A DNA stretch of 64,000 bases from Eukaryota sp. TZLM1-RC (Eukaryota > Protista > Metamonada: BaSk clade): assembly GCA_040285825.1 (NCBI GenBank), contig JAUPSS010000005.1, positions 248,001 through 312,000 of the forward strand. Direction: 5' to 3'. Shown here piece after piece: positions 46,944-58,228 of the stretch. Within the stretch, counting starts at the first letter, position 1. Each line of letters begins with the position of its first letter. The position numbers and the translations under genes were made by a program. Below the pieces are notes generated by a model, which worked only from the letters and a program-made list of their open reading frames with translations, did no database searches and was not told the DNA's origin.

Positions 46944-48959
46944 TCACTCTCCTAAGGTTTTCAAGTAATTCACAACATCAGAAACCGGAATTAAATCAAC
47001 ACAATTTTCAGAATTTAAAACAGAAAACTTTTGGTAATTAACCACCAACTTACTAAAAATTCTTTTTAAAATAACATTTGATAATTCAAAAGAATTGAAT
47101 AATGTAATAACCTTTCTTTTAATTTGATCTAATTCAGGTTTCCAAATATTTGAAAATTCCGAAGCTACTGCCCTGTAAGAGTTCAAATGGAAATTTTTAC
47201 CAGAGTCACATTTGTTTACAAAAGAGATCATTGCACCAAAAGAAGAGCTCAGTTTCCGTGTCACAAAGAGATCAACATTTTGGGAGCAATAATTGTCGAA
47301 ATACTTAAATATATCAGAGTCTATATTATTAATGGAAAGATAGTCTTTAATGAAAAACGAACAATTTGCTAAAATCGCCACTTGAACACTAGGGTCGTCG
47401 GCATTTGAACCAAAAACTGACCGATTTTCAGTAAATGTTATAATTGAATCTCGTAATTGAAGCAAAAGATTTCTTAAATAGTCAAGATTTGATGAGTCAG
47501 CATTATGTTCTAAACAATGATTTGAAATGATTGAATCCAGAAATGAAATCAAATACACCGCAGATTTCAAAATTGATGGAATCTCCGCAATTACGTGTCC
47601 AGGGTCAAAATTGCACGTGATCAATTGATTGATTGATTGATTGAACTTTTCCCTGAGAGTTGGTATCACTCGACTGTAAACAATGTCGAAAAGTCCAAAA
47701 TTGACATCCACAAGCTCAGAATTGGAGACAAAACTCATGAACCTTCGGAAAATAGCATGTCGGATTAATCCCACGATTCTAACAATAAATATTAATAAAT
47801 ATTCGGAATAATTATCAAAATTTGGTAACAATTCCGAAAAAAGATGATTTAATTCAAATAAAATTCTGGAAAATACCAAGGAAAATTGATTGCCGAAAAA
47901 GATACTCTCAAAAGCTGCTTCGGAAGTAATCACGTCAGCATAGATTAGTAAAAGCTCAAAAAACGGAAGTTCTGAACCAGAAAATGTTTGAATTCGATCA
48001 ATCAATTGGCTACACAAAACACCTCTTCCATGGGTCAAAAAAACGTCATTGATGACGTCATCAGAGTCAAAATATTGGTAAAAACCGGAAACCAAAGTCA
48101 ATAATCTGTTTTTGTCAAATTTTTTGATCGATTTATTGCCTCTGATTAGGAACTTTCTAAACAAGTTTCTGTACTTTCCTAAAATGGAATTCACATAAGA
48201 GTCAATAATTGACCCTAAATCAAATCCAACTTCGGAAACACACGTGATAACTTCCGATAAACTAATCAATTCAGTGTCTTGAAGGTCAAAAATAGATAAA
48301 AGCCGAGATTTATCAATTTTTTCTATGGATTTTTGGGCATATAGTCTTGCTCTGTCAACTGAATTTGATTGAAGAATTGATAGGTTTTCAAGAGCTTCTG
48401 CTGTGCACTTGTGATTGTTGCTTTTCAGAAATCGTATTTTGGTATCTAACCGTCTGAGAGTAGCACAAAAACGGCTATTGATTGGACTGTTACTAAGAAT
48501 AGTAACAGAATTCTGATCAATCAAAGAATTCGACACTAATTCATCAATTACAGGGAAAGCTGCTTTCTTGTTATCCAATTCAGTACTGGTTTCTATGGTA
48601 ACGTCTCTGAGGTCAGAGATTTCCTGGGAAAGACCTTGTATGTTACCAGTAAAAGAATCAAGGAAGTTTTGAATTGAAGTAAGTGAAGCATCCGCAGAAG
48701 AGATTACAGAGTTTAACTGGTGGAATTGTTCTTCGTGAGATGCTATTTGTTCAGCACATTGAAGTTCAGAGGAGAGGAGTGAAGAATGCAGAGAGATTAT
48801 GAAAGAACGCAGGTCCACGCCCTCTTCTAAAGCTTTGGAGACTTCTGGTATAGAAACAGTGGATTGAAGGGATTGTGTGACCATAGAAAAGTCTGTCACA
48901 TCATGATCAGAAGGAGCTGTACGTGCAAGGAAATCATCTACTGTTGAGTTCAAGTCCAT
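46944..48959 (-). CDS. VPS52: VPS52 (GARP/EARP subunit)
   Basis: ALEEGVDLRSF..L..F...I..LSQEI..L....L.NK N-terminal signature and FSNIWK near the C-terminus; 671 aa. Confidence 0.85.
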   Translation of the reverse strand: MDLNSTVDDFLARTAPSDHDVTDFSMVTQSLQSTVSIPEVSKALEEGVDLRSFIISLHSSLLSSELQCAEQIASHEEQFHQLNSVISSADASLTSIQNFLDSFTGNIQGLSQEISDLRDVTIETSTELDNKKAAFPVIDELVSNSLIDQNSVTILSNSPINSRFCATLRRLDTKIRFLKSNNHKCTAEALENLSILQSNSVDRARLYAQKSIEKIDKSRLLSIFDLQDTELISLSEVITCVSEVGFDLGSIIDSYVNSILGKYRNLFRKFLIRGNKSIKKFDKNRLLTLVSGFYQYFDSDDVINDVFLTHGRGVLCSQLIDRIQTFSGSELPFFELLLIYADVITSEAAFESIFFGNQFSLVFSRILFELNHLFSELLPNFDNYSEYLLIFIVRIVGLIRHAIFRRFMSFVSNSELVDVNFGLFDIVYSRVIPTLREKFNQSINQLITCNFDPGHVIAEIPSILKSAVYLISFLDSIISNHCLEHNADSSNLDYLRNLLLQLRDSIITFTENRSVFGSNADDPSVQVAILANCSFFIKDYLSINNIDSDIFKYFDNYCSQNVDLFVTRKLSSSFGAMISFVNKCDSGKNFHLNSYRAVASEFSNIWKPELDQIKRKVITLFNSFELSNVILKRIFSKLVVNYQKFSVLNSENCVDLIPVSDVVNYLKTLGE

Positions 48960-49000
48960 TGAAACAGATGATGTCTATAACAATGAAATAAATGTCCTTT

Positions 49001-50790
49001 TTACACCGATGTAGAGCGACTGAGTTTTTGAGAGGTGGAAGATTTTCTCCTTGATACCTTTTTCTTTGAACCTTTGTCAAGGTTGGCTCTCTGCAGGTAT
49101 TCCGGTCTATCTCCACCATTTACATGTGCTTCCATCACTGCCAACTTATTCAGCGAAGCATTTCGATCTCTATTCCACGAACTTTCACATGATTTACACA
49201 TGGTGAGCCCGTGACGAATAGACATCTCATGCCTCTTTCATGGCCTAGGATGTCTGCACCATCGGAATGTTTCAACTGTTTTCTCCGCTTTTTTACAGTT
49301 GAAACAACAGCAACTGGTTCGAAACTCATCAATCAAAAAGACCTTATAACCAACCTTTTTAAATAAAATTCTCAAACCTTTTTTTGGTAGGTTCTTTGAA
49401 TTTCTTGTGTTTTCGTTGTTTCCTGTCTCCGATTCCAATAACTACTTGACATGGATCACCAATTACTGATTTGAATCTCTGAATCATCTTTGCTTCAGAT
49501 CTTGTGCGATTAATCTCAGCCCACCATCTTAGTTTCCTAAATATTTTTTGATGATAGACTTCACCAACAATACTATTTCACATAATTCTTTTGTTTAATA
49601 TACTCCATAAATCTATCAAACCTGCGGCTTTTGGAGTTGAATTGGGATAAAGTTGCTTCCCATTCTGCTACAGATTTAGTCGTGTGATCATCATTTCTCA
49701 AATTTAATGAGTTATCAATTTCGTGGGGAATATTGATTTCTTGAGGTACTTTTCCTCTTAATAAACTAATTGTTCTTTCAGTCATTTGATTAATTATACT
49801 GCTGTTTAAATCCATCCTTTGTTGTTGCTTTTCAAATGGTTGTTAATTGGATAGATCAATCACTCTACCAGTAGAGTTACTTATTGTGATAAGAGTGTCA
49901 TTCCGTATGTTGTCTCTTATTCTTTTGAATTTGTAACTTGTCGACTCAAATCTTCGTTGATTTTGAGTGCACCTGAAATGAAAATATTTACATCTCCCAG
50001 GTTGTTTTTGAATGAGTCATTCCAGTAGCTAAATTGGCAGAAAAATAGAGTAGATCAAATTTACCTGGATCAGCAGCAGCAAGGGTCATATCCTTGAATT
50101 CAGAAGGATTGATGCTGGGATCATCAATATATTTTCCTTAATCTTTCATTTCTTTTGCAGTTACTTTGTACTTTTTCCAGTCCATTCTAGGTTGAATGAA
50201 ACTTACTGCTATTCCATAAGTCTCGATACTAGACATGAAGAACTTGGAATTTTCTGAATAAAGTTTAGTGTTTTTAATCTCGTCCATTTTCAAAAAGATA
50301 TTCCATAAAACCAAATCAGCAGCTTGATCACTACATTGGTGGGAGAATTTTGACCAAGAATGTCCTTGTATTTGGCAAAAAACAAGTCCAATAAACTTGT
50401 CTTGTCAATTCTGATATACGAGGGAATACAAGAATTCTTCAAAGGCAGAGCATGAAAGAGTTTGCTCTCCTCATCTTCTAAATAATTATGAATATAAAAC
50501 ATTGCTCTCAAATAGTAATTTGATTTTGATGAAAAATCAAATTTTGAATACTTGAATACCCTTTTGGAATGATTGGGAAGCAAAAGAGGGATCCGGTCAT
50601 TAATGAAAAACGAATTCATTGATGAGACTTTGTTTCTCATTGCAGAAGTTTCGCCATCAATATTTCTACATCCTTCTAGAAGGAGAGATTTAACATTGTT
50701 GATGAATGATGAGAAGTTTTTCTTATCTTGCATTTTCATAACACTGTTTTTCTACATTATTACACAATAGACATCGAAAGGGTCCTGTGA
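49001..50790 (-). pseudogene. Fanzor1-like gene, nearly complete but frameshifted, with probable right end
   Basis: LPLKNSCIPSYIRID; RuvC-I AAADPGKFDL; FRCTQNQRRFES; RuvC-II LIDEFRTSCCCFNC; RHGLTMCKSC..WNRDRNASLN..RPEYLQR; ends CATCGGTGTAA. Confidence 0.92.
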
Positions 50791-51840
50791 CGTTGAAGAA
50801 ATGATCGCGTCTACTTGATGCACAATTTTATATGCCTCACAGGGAAGCGACGAGATCGAAAACCATAACCGAACAATGAAGAGAAAAAGTTAAAGAAAAA
50901 AGAAAGTAGTTCTGGTCACTTGAATATAATTGAATCAAATTTGAGCCTTAAGTCTAAAGTTAACTCAATACCATCTGTAATGAACTGTTGCAAACCCTGG
51001 TTTTCCATAGGTTGATGCGTGTATGAATTGAGATGATTACACAAAAATGGCTAAAAGGTCACATGTAGGAGAACTTACAAAAGGTGCTGCTGGCGTTGAA
51101 GTTGCTGTAATGCTGTTGAGTGTTTTCTGCTGTAGGGATCTTTCTGCTTGTTCTGTGTTTTATTAATATGTTATTAGATTTTTTTTCAGCGTTTTTGATA
51201 CATTTTTCATTTTTGAGCACAATTTGTGATAAGCTTTGTAATATTCCTTCCATTTTTTTAAATTCAATCTCTTTAAGCAAAATCTTCTGATTTCAATAGG
51301 TAATTTTAAATTTGCAGACCTTTACCATTTCCTGATTGTTCTAATTGAGACAATGGTTATTCAAATCAAAAACTTGTCTGGTAATGAAGAAATTTTTCCC
51401 CAGAGTGTTTCTTAACAGAAGGAAGAATTGAACAAGGCTTATGTCAATTTTATTGGGCTTTGTTATTATAGTGCAATTATAAAACATTACCAATACAAAT
51501 TGTAATAGTCAGTTTAACCTAAAGAATCATGTTGATGAAACAATTTACAAGCATGACCATCTGTTATGTTACAATATTTTCTTGAACTTTTGAATCAGCG
51601 ACATAGAAAAACGCAAGTTCATTGTTGGAATAGCTGATATAACTCACTAACAAGACAAAACTCAAACCTCCAAAGCTGTTGTTCAGAATTGATTTACATT
51701 AACCATAATCAGGTGATCAGACCAATAGCAGAAAAGGTAAGAGAAATGGCAACAGAAGAGTTCACTTTGGGATTTCATATCGAGAGCATAATGATTTTCT
51801 GAATTACTCTTTCAGACTCTTTCAGACAACATTTATAAGA

Positions 51841-52518
51841 ATGACAAACGATATACCCATAGACTCCTCTCAAATAGCTTTCATGGCAGAAGAGATGATA
51901 CTTGTTGACGAACAAGATGTACCTTGTGGAACTGCTACAAAAAAGGAAGCTCATCTTCTGGAGTCTCTTAAACTTCACAGAGCTTTCAGCCTTTTTCTAT
52001 TTAATTCCAACAAACGTCTTTTAATCCAGAAACGTGCTTCCTGCAAGGCTACCTTTGCTGGACTTTGGGCTAACACTTGCTGTAGTCACCCTCTCTACGT
52101 GGAGAAGGAAATGAATGGTACTGAGGGAGTGAAGAACGCAATCCAACGTAAACTTCAACACGAACTAGGTATCCTGTCAGGAACCATTCCCCATGCCTCC
52201 CTCCACCCTCTCACTCGCATCCTCTACAAGGCCAGTAGTGATCAGAATTGGGGTGAATATGAACTGGACCATTGCATTGCTGGCTTTGCTCCAGACGATA
52301 TTGACATTTATCTTAATCCCAAAGAAGTCGAGGAAATTAGGTGGGTAACCAAGGAAGAGTTGAGAGACGAAATGGAGAGAGAGGACCCCAGAGGAAGTGT
52401 TTTTGCTCCTTGGTTTCGTCATGTTTGCGAATTGTTGTTGTTCAAGGTTTGGGATTCAATCGATGATGGTAATGTTCCATCATTTGACAGTCAAATTCAT
52501 CATGTTGGTGATTTTTAG
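51841..52518 (+). CDS. IDI1: Isopentenyl-diphosphate delta-isomerase type 1
   Basis: LHRAFS, WANTCCSHP, WGEYELDH, PWF. Confidence 0.97.
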   Translation: MTNDIPIDSSQIAFMAEEMILVDEQDVPCGTATKKEAHLLESLKLHRAFSLFLFNSNKRLLIQKRASCKATFAGLWANTCCSHPLYVEKEMNGTEGVKNAIQRKLQHELGILSGTIPHASLHPLTRILYKASSDQNWGEYELDHCIAGFAPDDIDIYLNPKEVEEIRWVTKEELRDEMEREDPRGSVFAPWFRHVCELLLFKVWDSIDDGNVPSFDSQIHHVGDF

Positions 52519-52586
52519 CTTTATAAATTATAATTAAAAATCTAAAACTATTCAAACATTAAATTAAAACAATAAGAATGATTTAT

Positions 52587-55500
52587 TTATCTAATCTTTA
52601 CTACACATAATGGACAATCAACATCTTCACCTGTCTCTTCATTGTAGCAAAGGACCACCATATTGATAAATTTAGTTCCCTTGGCAAGTGGCTTCTTCTG
52701 GAACTCTTCTACAACCTTTGAAATGGGGGTTGCCAATCTCCTTGCCTGAACTTCCTTATTAGGTGGCCATTCACTATAAACCATAAAGTTACCAACAGTG
52801 AGCATACAGACAGATAGCTTATGGGTTTGTTGGAAAATGTTGATAAACTCTTGGAGAGAAACATCACCGCAGTCAAAGAAGAGCTTATCCCAGATAGTGA
52901 ACTTCTTCCCCATCATTTCCGTTGTTGGGGCTGATTCAGGGGTTGATCTAGCAACAAAAGGAAGAGCAAGGTTCAAAAAGGAATCACAATAAGCGTCTAA
53001 GTCTTGGCGTCCATCTACGAGCTTGTACATTTCGATAGCTACCAGACCTACTACCAAAGCAGTAGTGGTGACCATGGCAGGGACGATCTTACCGGCAATT
53101 CCCCTTGTTCTATGCTTATCCGCAGGTGGAATGTAATAGTTGCATGCTCTAAGATTAGAGCATGCAGTGATAAAGTCCATGTGGCCAAGTTCATCCTTAT
53201 CCTTGTCCAATTCGATTGGGTTAACCATAACATGAGACAGCTGCTCTGCAGGAGGGATGGCGTTACAAACCTCGTCAATAGAAGGTCCTTGCTCATTCTG
53301 CATTGGAGTGGTGCTTTCCTGTTTCTCTTCCGTCTCAATCTGTACATTCGAGGAAGGAACGAAGGGAGGAATATTAACCTGAAGAGCAAGATTGATGATT
53401 TGGTTGGGGTTGATGTTTGAGTGAATTCCATAAACATCACCAAGCAATTTTGCACCAAAAACTACAAAATTAACATGATCATTATTACTAGGATCAAACT
53501 CAATGGGTCTAGGAGCCCTCTTTGAACCAGACCAGAAAGGAGTGCCACCTTCAGTAAGCATATCGGGGGGAAACATGTACAAAAGTTGTTGAATTTGGTG
53601 GTTGAACAATTCTTCAAACTTCAATCTGGCCCATTTAACACAATCTTCAAAGGAATTTGGTTTAATTTCGACTAAATAATGATGAATGTTTTTCAGAGTG
53701 GGAATGGCTTGAGGACCCTCTGTTCTGAGTTGGTAAAGCATTGATGGATTCTTTAGATACTTGCTGGCATCAGCGACTGTATTAGTGAAGGTTTCCTCAA
53801 AGAATTGTCTCGACCATTCAATGGTGTGTTCAATTTGATAAGGGAAGTTCTTCAATGTACACATTGGAACTGATTTTTCTGGCGGATCTTGAGTTTCTCC
53901 ATAACTCTTGGTTAAGTGAGGAATGACCACCTGAACGTTACCCTTTGTGCCTAAAGTTCCACTTTCCAATAAGGGTTTTCCATAATAAACCGCCTTTGAA
54001 TCCATAAATAATCTTGCCTTAACATTGTCCAGAGCATTTACAATTAAATCAATAGAATCAAAAAATTCGTCATTATAGACATCTTCAGTATCAACACCGA
54101 CAGGAACTTGAGTGGCGGTGATATTGAGATCGTTATTCATTTGTTTAGCAGCTTTGGCAGCAACTTCGGACTTTGGTTTATGAATGTCTTCAAATGTAAA
54201 TAGAAATTGGCGGTTCAAATTGCTTTTTTCTATAGTATCCATGTCAGTTACCAAGACATTACCATTAGGCCCACAAGCAACTCCCATCATTGACATTGAT
54301 TTTAACATTTCACAACCAATGGCTCCTGCCCCCACAAGAAAAGTCTTGACCGAGTTTAATTTTGATTGGAAGTTCTTTCCAAAAACGGCAATCTGACTGT
54401 CATAACGTGAATTGATTGGTAGACGGTCAGCAATGGGAACGTCATCCTTTCCCAGAACTTCAACACAATCATAATAGAAATACTGAGAAATTGGGGAAAA
54501 CTTCCCACTACAGGCCTTTAAGACTTCCTGGGCCGCTATGCCTCCCAGGACAGCACAAACAGGAGAGAGCTCGGCAAAGGAGATTCTAATGAGGGAAAGA
54601 AGGAGTGGACGGAGGCTATCAGAAATGTTAACGTTTAGGTCAAAAGTGGAGGTCAAATTGGCAAGAATTTCCATGACTGATATGCAATCAGTTTCCGAAT
54701 CAATAGCGGGATATCTATTTGTTTGGCTAATGAAAACATCGAGAGCAGAGTAAAACAAATGCAAAACCTCAGTATCAATAGTTGAGCCAAGATAACTCAA
54801 AAGGGAAGGTTTCTTGACCTGCTTTGACCAGGGCTCAAAACTCATGACTTGCTTTGACTTTACTGGGGTGACGTAACCAGTCTTAAACTCAGTATTAGCC
54901 AAAGTTACATTGATTCTGAAACTAAATGGAGACAAAACCTCAGTTTCAAAAGACTGATCATTGAGTTCCGGATGACCAACAACTCCATTGAACGTAACCA
55001 AATCCCCACTTGACCACGAGATCTTTTCACCATGGTCATCTGCAAGGAAGACAATGGTGTGGTTGTTCTGGGACTGAAGATCGGTGATTACATATGTGTT
55101 GACGGCTTCCCCATCAGGGTCTACTACGGTGTGAGCTGGGCCAAGATCCACAAAGATACGTCCAGTGACACCGCGTGTATCAGCTACGATGAGTTTAATG
55201 TTGTTGTTATGGCAAAATTCTCCAATGTTGAGGAGAGAAGATTCATCGTTGTGGGTGAGGACGACCACGGTGAACTGGGAGAGTACTTCTTCTGTGAGGA
55301 TGGAGGATATGGCATTGACTTCAACGTAAGAGTTGAGAGACTTGAATCTAGGGAGACATGCCATGGCCCGGTTCTGACCAATCATGGAATCATCGAGGTA
55401 GAAGTTTGCACCGAGATCTTGATGTTGCACAGTGTCAGCATCATGAATGGTGACAGACTTCATTCCGCTGAGGATGAGGTTCTTGGCGATTTCAGCACCG

Positions 55501-55613
55501 ACACCAGTCATTCCAGAGATTAGGACAGATGTTTCAGACATCTTCTTCAGGGCTTCATGGCCCAGAACGTACAGAGATCGGGAGTATAGAGATTCGTCGA
55601 TTGGCTGACTCAT
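52587..55613 (-). CDS. UBA1: Ubiquitin-activating enzyme E1 (1008 aa from MSQPIDESLYSR)
   Basis: IDESLYSR.LYVLG, GAGAIGCE, SNLNRQFLF, catalytic PMCTLKNFP, C-terminal UFD. Confidence 0.97.
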   Translation of the reverse strand: MSQPIDESLYSRSLYVLGHEALKKMSETSVLISGMTGVGAEIAKNLILSGMKSVTIHDADTVQHQDLGANFYLDDSMIGQNRAMACLPRFKSLNSYVEVNAISSILTEEVLSQFTVVVLTHNDESSLLNIGEFCHNNNIKLIVADTRGVTGRIFVDLGPAHTVVDPDGEAVNTYVITDLQSQNNHTIVFLADDHGEKISWSSGDLVTFNGVVGHPELNDQSFETEVLSPFSFRINVTLANTEFKTGYVTPVKSKQVMSFEPWSKQVKKPSLLSYLGSTIDTEVLHLFYSALDVFISQTNRYPAIDSETDCISVMEILANLTSTFDLNVNISDSLRPLLLSLIRISFAELSPVCAVLGGIAAQEVLKACSGKFSPISQYFYYDCVEVLGKDDVPIADRLPINSRYDSQIAVFGKNFQSKLNSVKTFLVGAGAIGCEMLKSMSMMGVACGPNGNVLVTDMDTIEKSNLNRQFLFTFEDIHKPKSEVAAKAAKQMNNDLNITATQVPVGVDTEDVYNDEFFDSIDLIVNALDNVKARLFMDSKAVYYGKPLLESGTLGTKGNVQVVIPHLTKSYGETQDPPEKSVPMCTLKNFPYQIEHTIEWSRQFFEETFTNTVADASKYLKNPSMLYQLRTEGPQAIPTLKNIHHYLVEIKPNSFEDCVKWARLKFEELFNHQIQQLLYMFPPDMLTEGGTPFWSGSKRAPRPIEFDPSNNDHVNFVVFGAKLLGDVYGIHSNINPNQIINLALQVNIPPFVPSSNVQIETEEKQESTTPMQNEQGPSIDEVCNAIPPAEQLSHVMVNPIELDKDKDELGHMDFITACSNLRACNYYIPPADKHRTRGIAGKIVPAMVTTTALVVGLVAIEMYKLVDGRQDLDAYCDSFLNLALPFVARSTPESAPTTEMMGKKFTIWDKLFFDCGDVSLQEFINIFQQTHKLSVCMLTVGNFMVYSEWPPNKEVQARRLATPISKVVEEFQKKPLAKGTKFINMVVLCYNEETGEDVDCPLCVVKIR

Positions 55614-55664
55614 GTTAAGAAAAAAATTGGAAAATTTAAGTAATTTCAAAACATAGTTGAAGAC

Positions 55665-56520
55665 ATAGTTCAGCTGCTGCTTTAGTAACTCAAGTTCCCT
55701 CTGTTTATGGACTTTTGTTAAAAAACAATGAATGGCTTCTAAACATGCGTTTTCGTTGTTTTCTGTGGCCAAACAATTTGCCCAATCATTTAACTTGTAA
55801 ATGTGGTAAACCTCTTTTGTTTACTCATCTTTTGAACTGTAAACATTTCATTACGTTTAGAAGCAAAGTGCATAATAACGTCAGGGACCAAATTTATGTA
55901 ATGTGCAAATCATATCGAGTAGATTCCTTTTTAGAACCGCTGTTATCAAAATTAATTCTTGATGATCCCAATATTGATAGTACGCGTTACAACAGAGCTT
56001 CTATGGGTCTGACTAGAGGTGATCTAGTTGTTCCTGGTTTAAATGGTAGTTTTACTATTTTGGACGCCATGTCTATTGATCCTTGTAATTCCTCTAACGA
56101 ACATCTCATTAATTCGGATGTAAATAATCCTCTTCTTGCAGGCGAAAAATATAAAATTGCTAAATATGCGAAACTCATTTTCTCGGTTAATGAAAATTCT
56201 CATGCCCAATATATTTTATGTCCATTTGTTTTTTCTTTGCTTGGATCTCTAGGTAAGGCTGCTATGGCTTTCCTTGAGGATTTTGTTGTAGTTGTAAAGG
56301 AAAGAACTGGAAGAATTTTCAATCGTGTTTACTGGCAAAACAGGATTGTATTTTCTATTTTTAAGGGAATGGTAAAACTATTTTCTGATTCACTATCTTC
56401 TTTTGGGAAATTTTCTGAATCTTTAGCAATTAATTGTTTTGATGTAGGGGAGGCAGGTTTTGAGGATGTGGAGTTTTAATTGTGCATTTCATATTTGTTG
56501 TTGAATAAAAATAAAATATA
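55665..56520 (+). mobile_element. CRE-like family B 3' fragment
   Basis: Near-identical inverted copy of about 1570-2430, including the 3' UTR and AATAAA. Confidence 0.9.
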
Positions 56521-56829
56521 ATAGATTACACTCAAACCCAATTTGTCATGACGTCATGACAGCAGTCTGCATGGAGTATTACTCCTTGCAAATTATTGCT
56601 TCTTTATTTATAAATAATCTTTTCAATATAACTATAAATGAATGCGAACTAGATCTATAAGACCAATAATCGTATACGAAATCATAAAAATCGTGGTTGT
56701 TTCGATGTGAGAGATAGTTCCCCGGACATAGAAATAAATGGTCAATTGGTAAAAATTTGCAAATAGAACCATTGCAAAATTCATGATTTGTAATGTCATC
56801 ACGATGTAATTTTCATCTGTGCCTTCAAA

Positions 56830-58010
56830 ACTATACATTGTTTCTCAATTTTCGCATTTGCCACTCGTGATATGTATTGAGGTTTGGTTGTTGAATCGGA
56901 CTCATTGGTGTACCATCACCTTCAGAATCCTTATCAACATCTCTCTGGCTTTCATCGGTGGGTTCAATAACTGTGGTTTGAGACTATTGTCTCTTGAACA
57001 CCTCTGATCTCTCTCTTCCATCCAGAATGTCTTCAGCCAACAAATGAATATTTAGTGCAGAATTAGTATCTCGATTCCAGTACGTTTTGTATTGACTACC
57101 CTTGATATCGTTGATTCTTCCAACTTTTCTTTTGCTTTTACTTTCTTTTTTCTTTCTGACATGAATATCCCGTTTAATTGAGTTTAGTTTTTTCGTAAAG
57201 TTGGGATCATCGTGTTTGTAGGAAGTTTCTGTGTTTTCTCCAATTGTACCCTTTCGGGCATGAATATGGATATTTTTGAAGCATATGCCTCATTGACTCA
57301 ATATTCAACGTATCTGACTTGTCTCAATACTTTTGTTGTATTTGTACCTTTAGATGGATACTTGCCTTTTCTTTTAAATCCAGACTCTTTACTCCAATCG
57401 CCAATGTCTATCATACAATCCCCAGGTTCACGAAAGTTTTGTTTAATTTTACGAATCAACCTTATGACACCTTTTTGTTTTTCCTTGTGTTGGGAGAATT
57501 TTTCTTTTCGATATTGTATTTGGTTAAATAAATTCCAAGTTTTCATTCTAAATATTTCCTTTGCATTAATAGACTCACAAAATTCATCTAAATTGGTTGA
57601 TTTTGATTGTTTTCTCATTTCCCCCTATCACTTTCTGTAATACCGTTGAACAAGTATTCATCTTGCCGCTTCTTTGTATCTCTCTGATGTTTGAGAAGAC
57701 CAAAACAAATTTCGTTCACCTTGAGTAAAAGACAAGGAGTCAATATTATGAATATCTTGTTTTTTGCGCTTTTTTTTGTTTGTTTCCTCATCTAGCTCTG
57801 CTTCTTCTTTTACAATTCACATTTGGTTACAGCAATTACCATGGTTTAATTTTTTGGAAACAGCATGAATCAAGTCATATTCATTTGTATCTGTAGCGAC
57901 TAATTTTCTAGAATTTAAGGATGCTAATTTTCCATTGAAAGGTATTCATGTAATGATGTCTAGTTTTGTCTTGTTTTGTTATATTCGGGTTTTGTTTTCA
58001 ATTCAGCAAG
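56830..58010 (-). pseudogene. Fanzor-like pseudogene (distinct family)
   Basis: RuvC-I LVATDTNEYDLI, IGDWSK..KGKYPSKG, RuvC-II VNEAYASK, RuvC-III YWNRDTNSALNI..RSEVFKR. Confidence 0.8.
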
Positions 58011-58228
58011 TCTAGATTTTTTTTGAATGAATAATTTAATAGTGTATAGTAGGTGGTCTACAAAATGTTTTTTCAAGTTAACACTGTAATTAGTTACCAC
58101 TTCAGATGCCAGGTATTTTGATATTTATTCAAAGACTTGCCGCAAACATCACTGAATATGAATTAAATAAGTAAATTAATACATAAATTAATTAAAAATT
58201 TACAGAAAAAAACCATCAAATAAAAATA

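Noticed and set aside
55614-55772. N-terminal extension of UBA1 in the ORF track
   Set aside because: It is antisense family B retrotransposon and spacer; E1 homology starts at MSQPIDESLYSR (ATG 55613).
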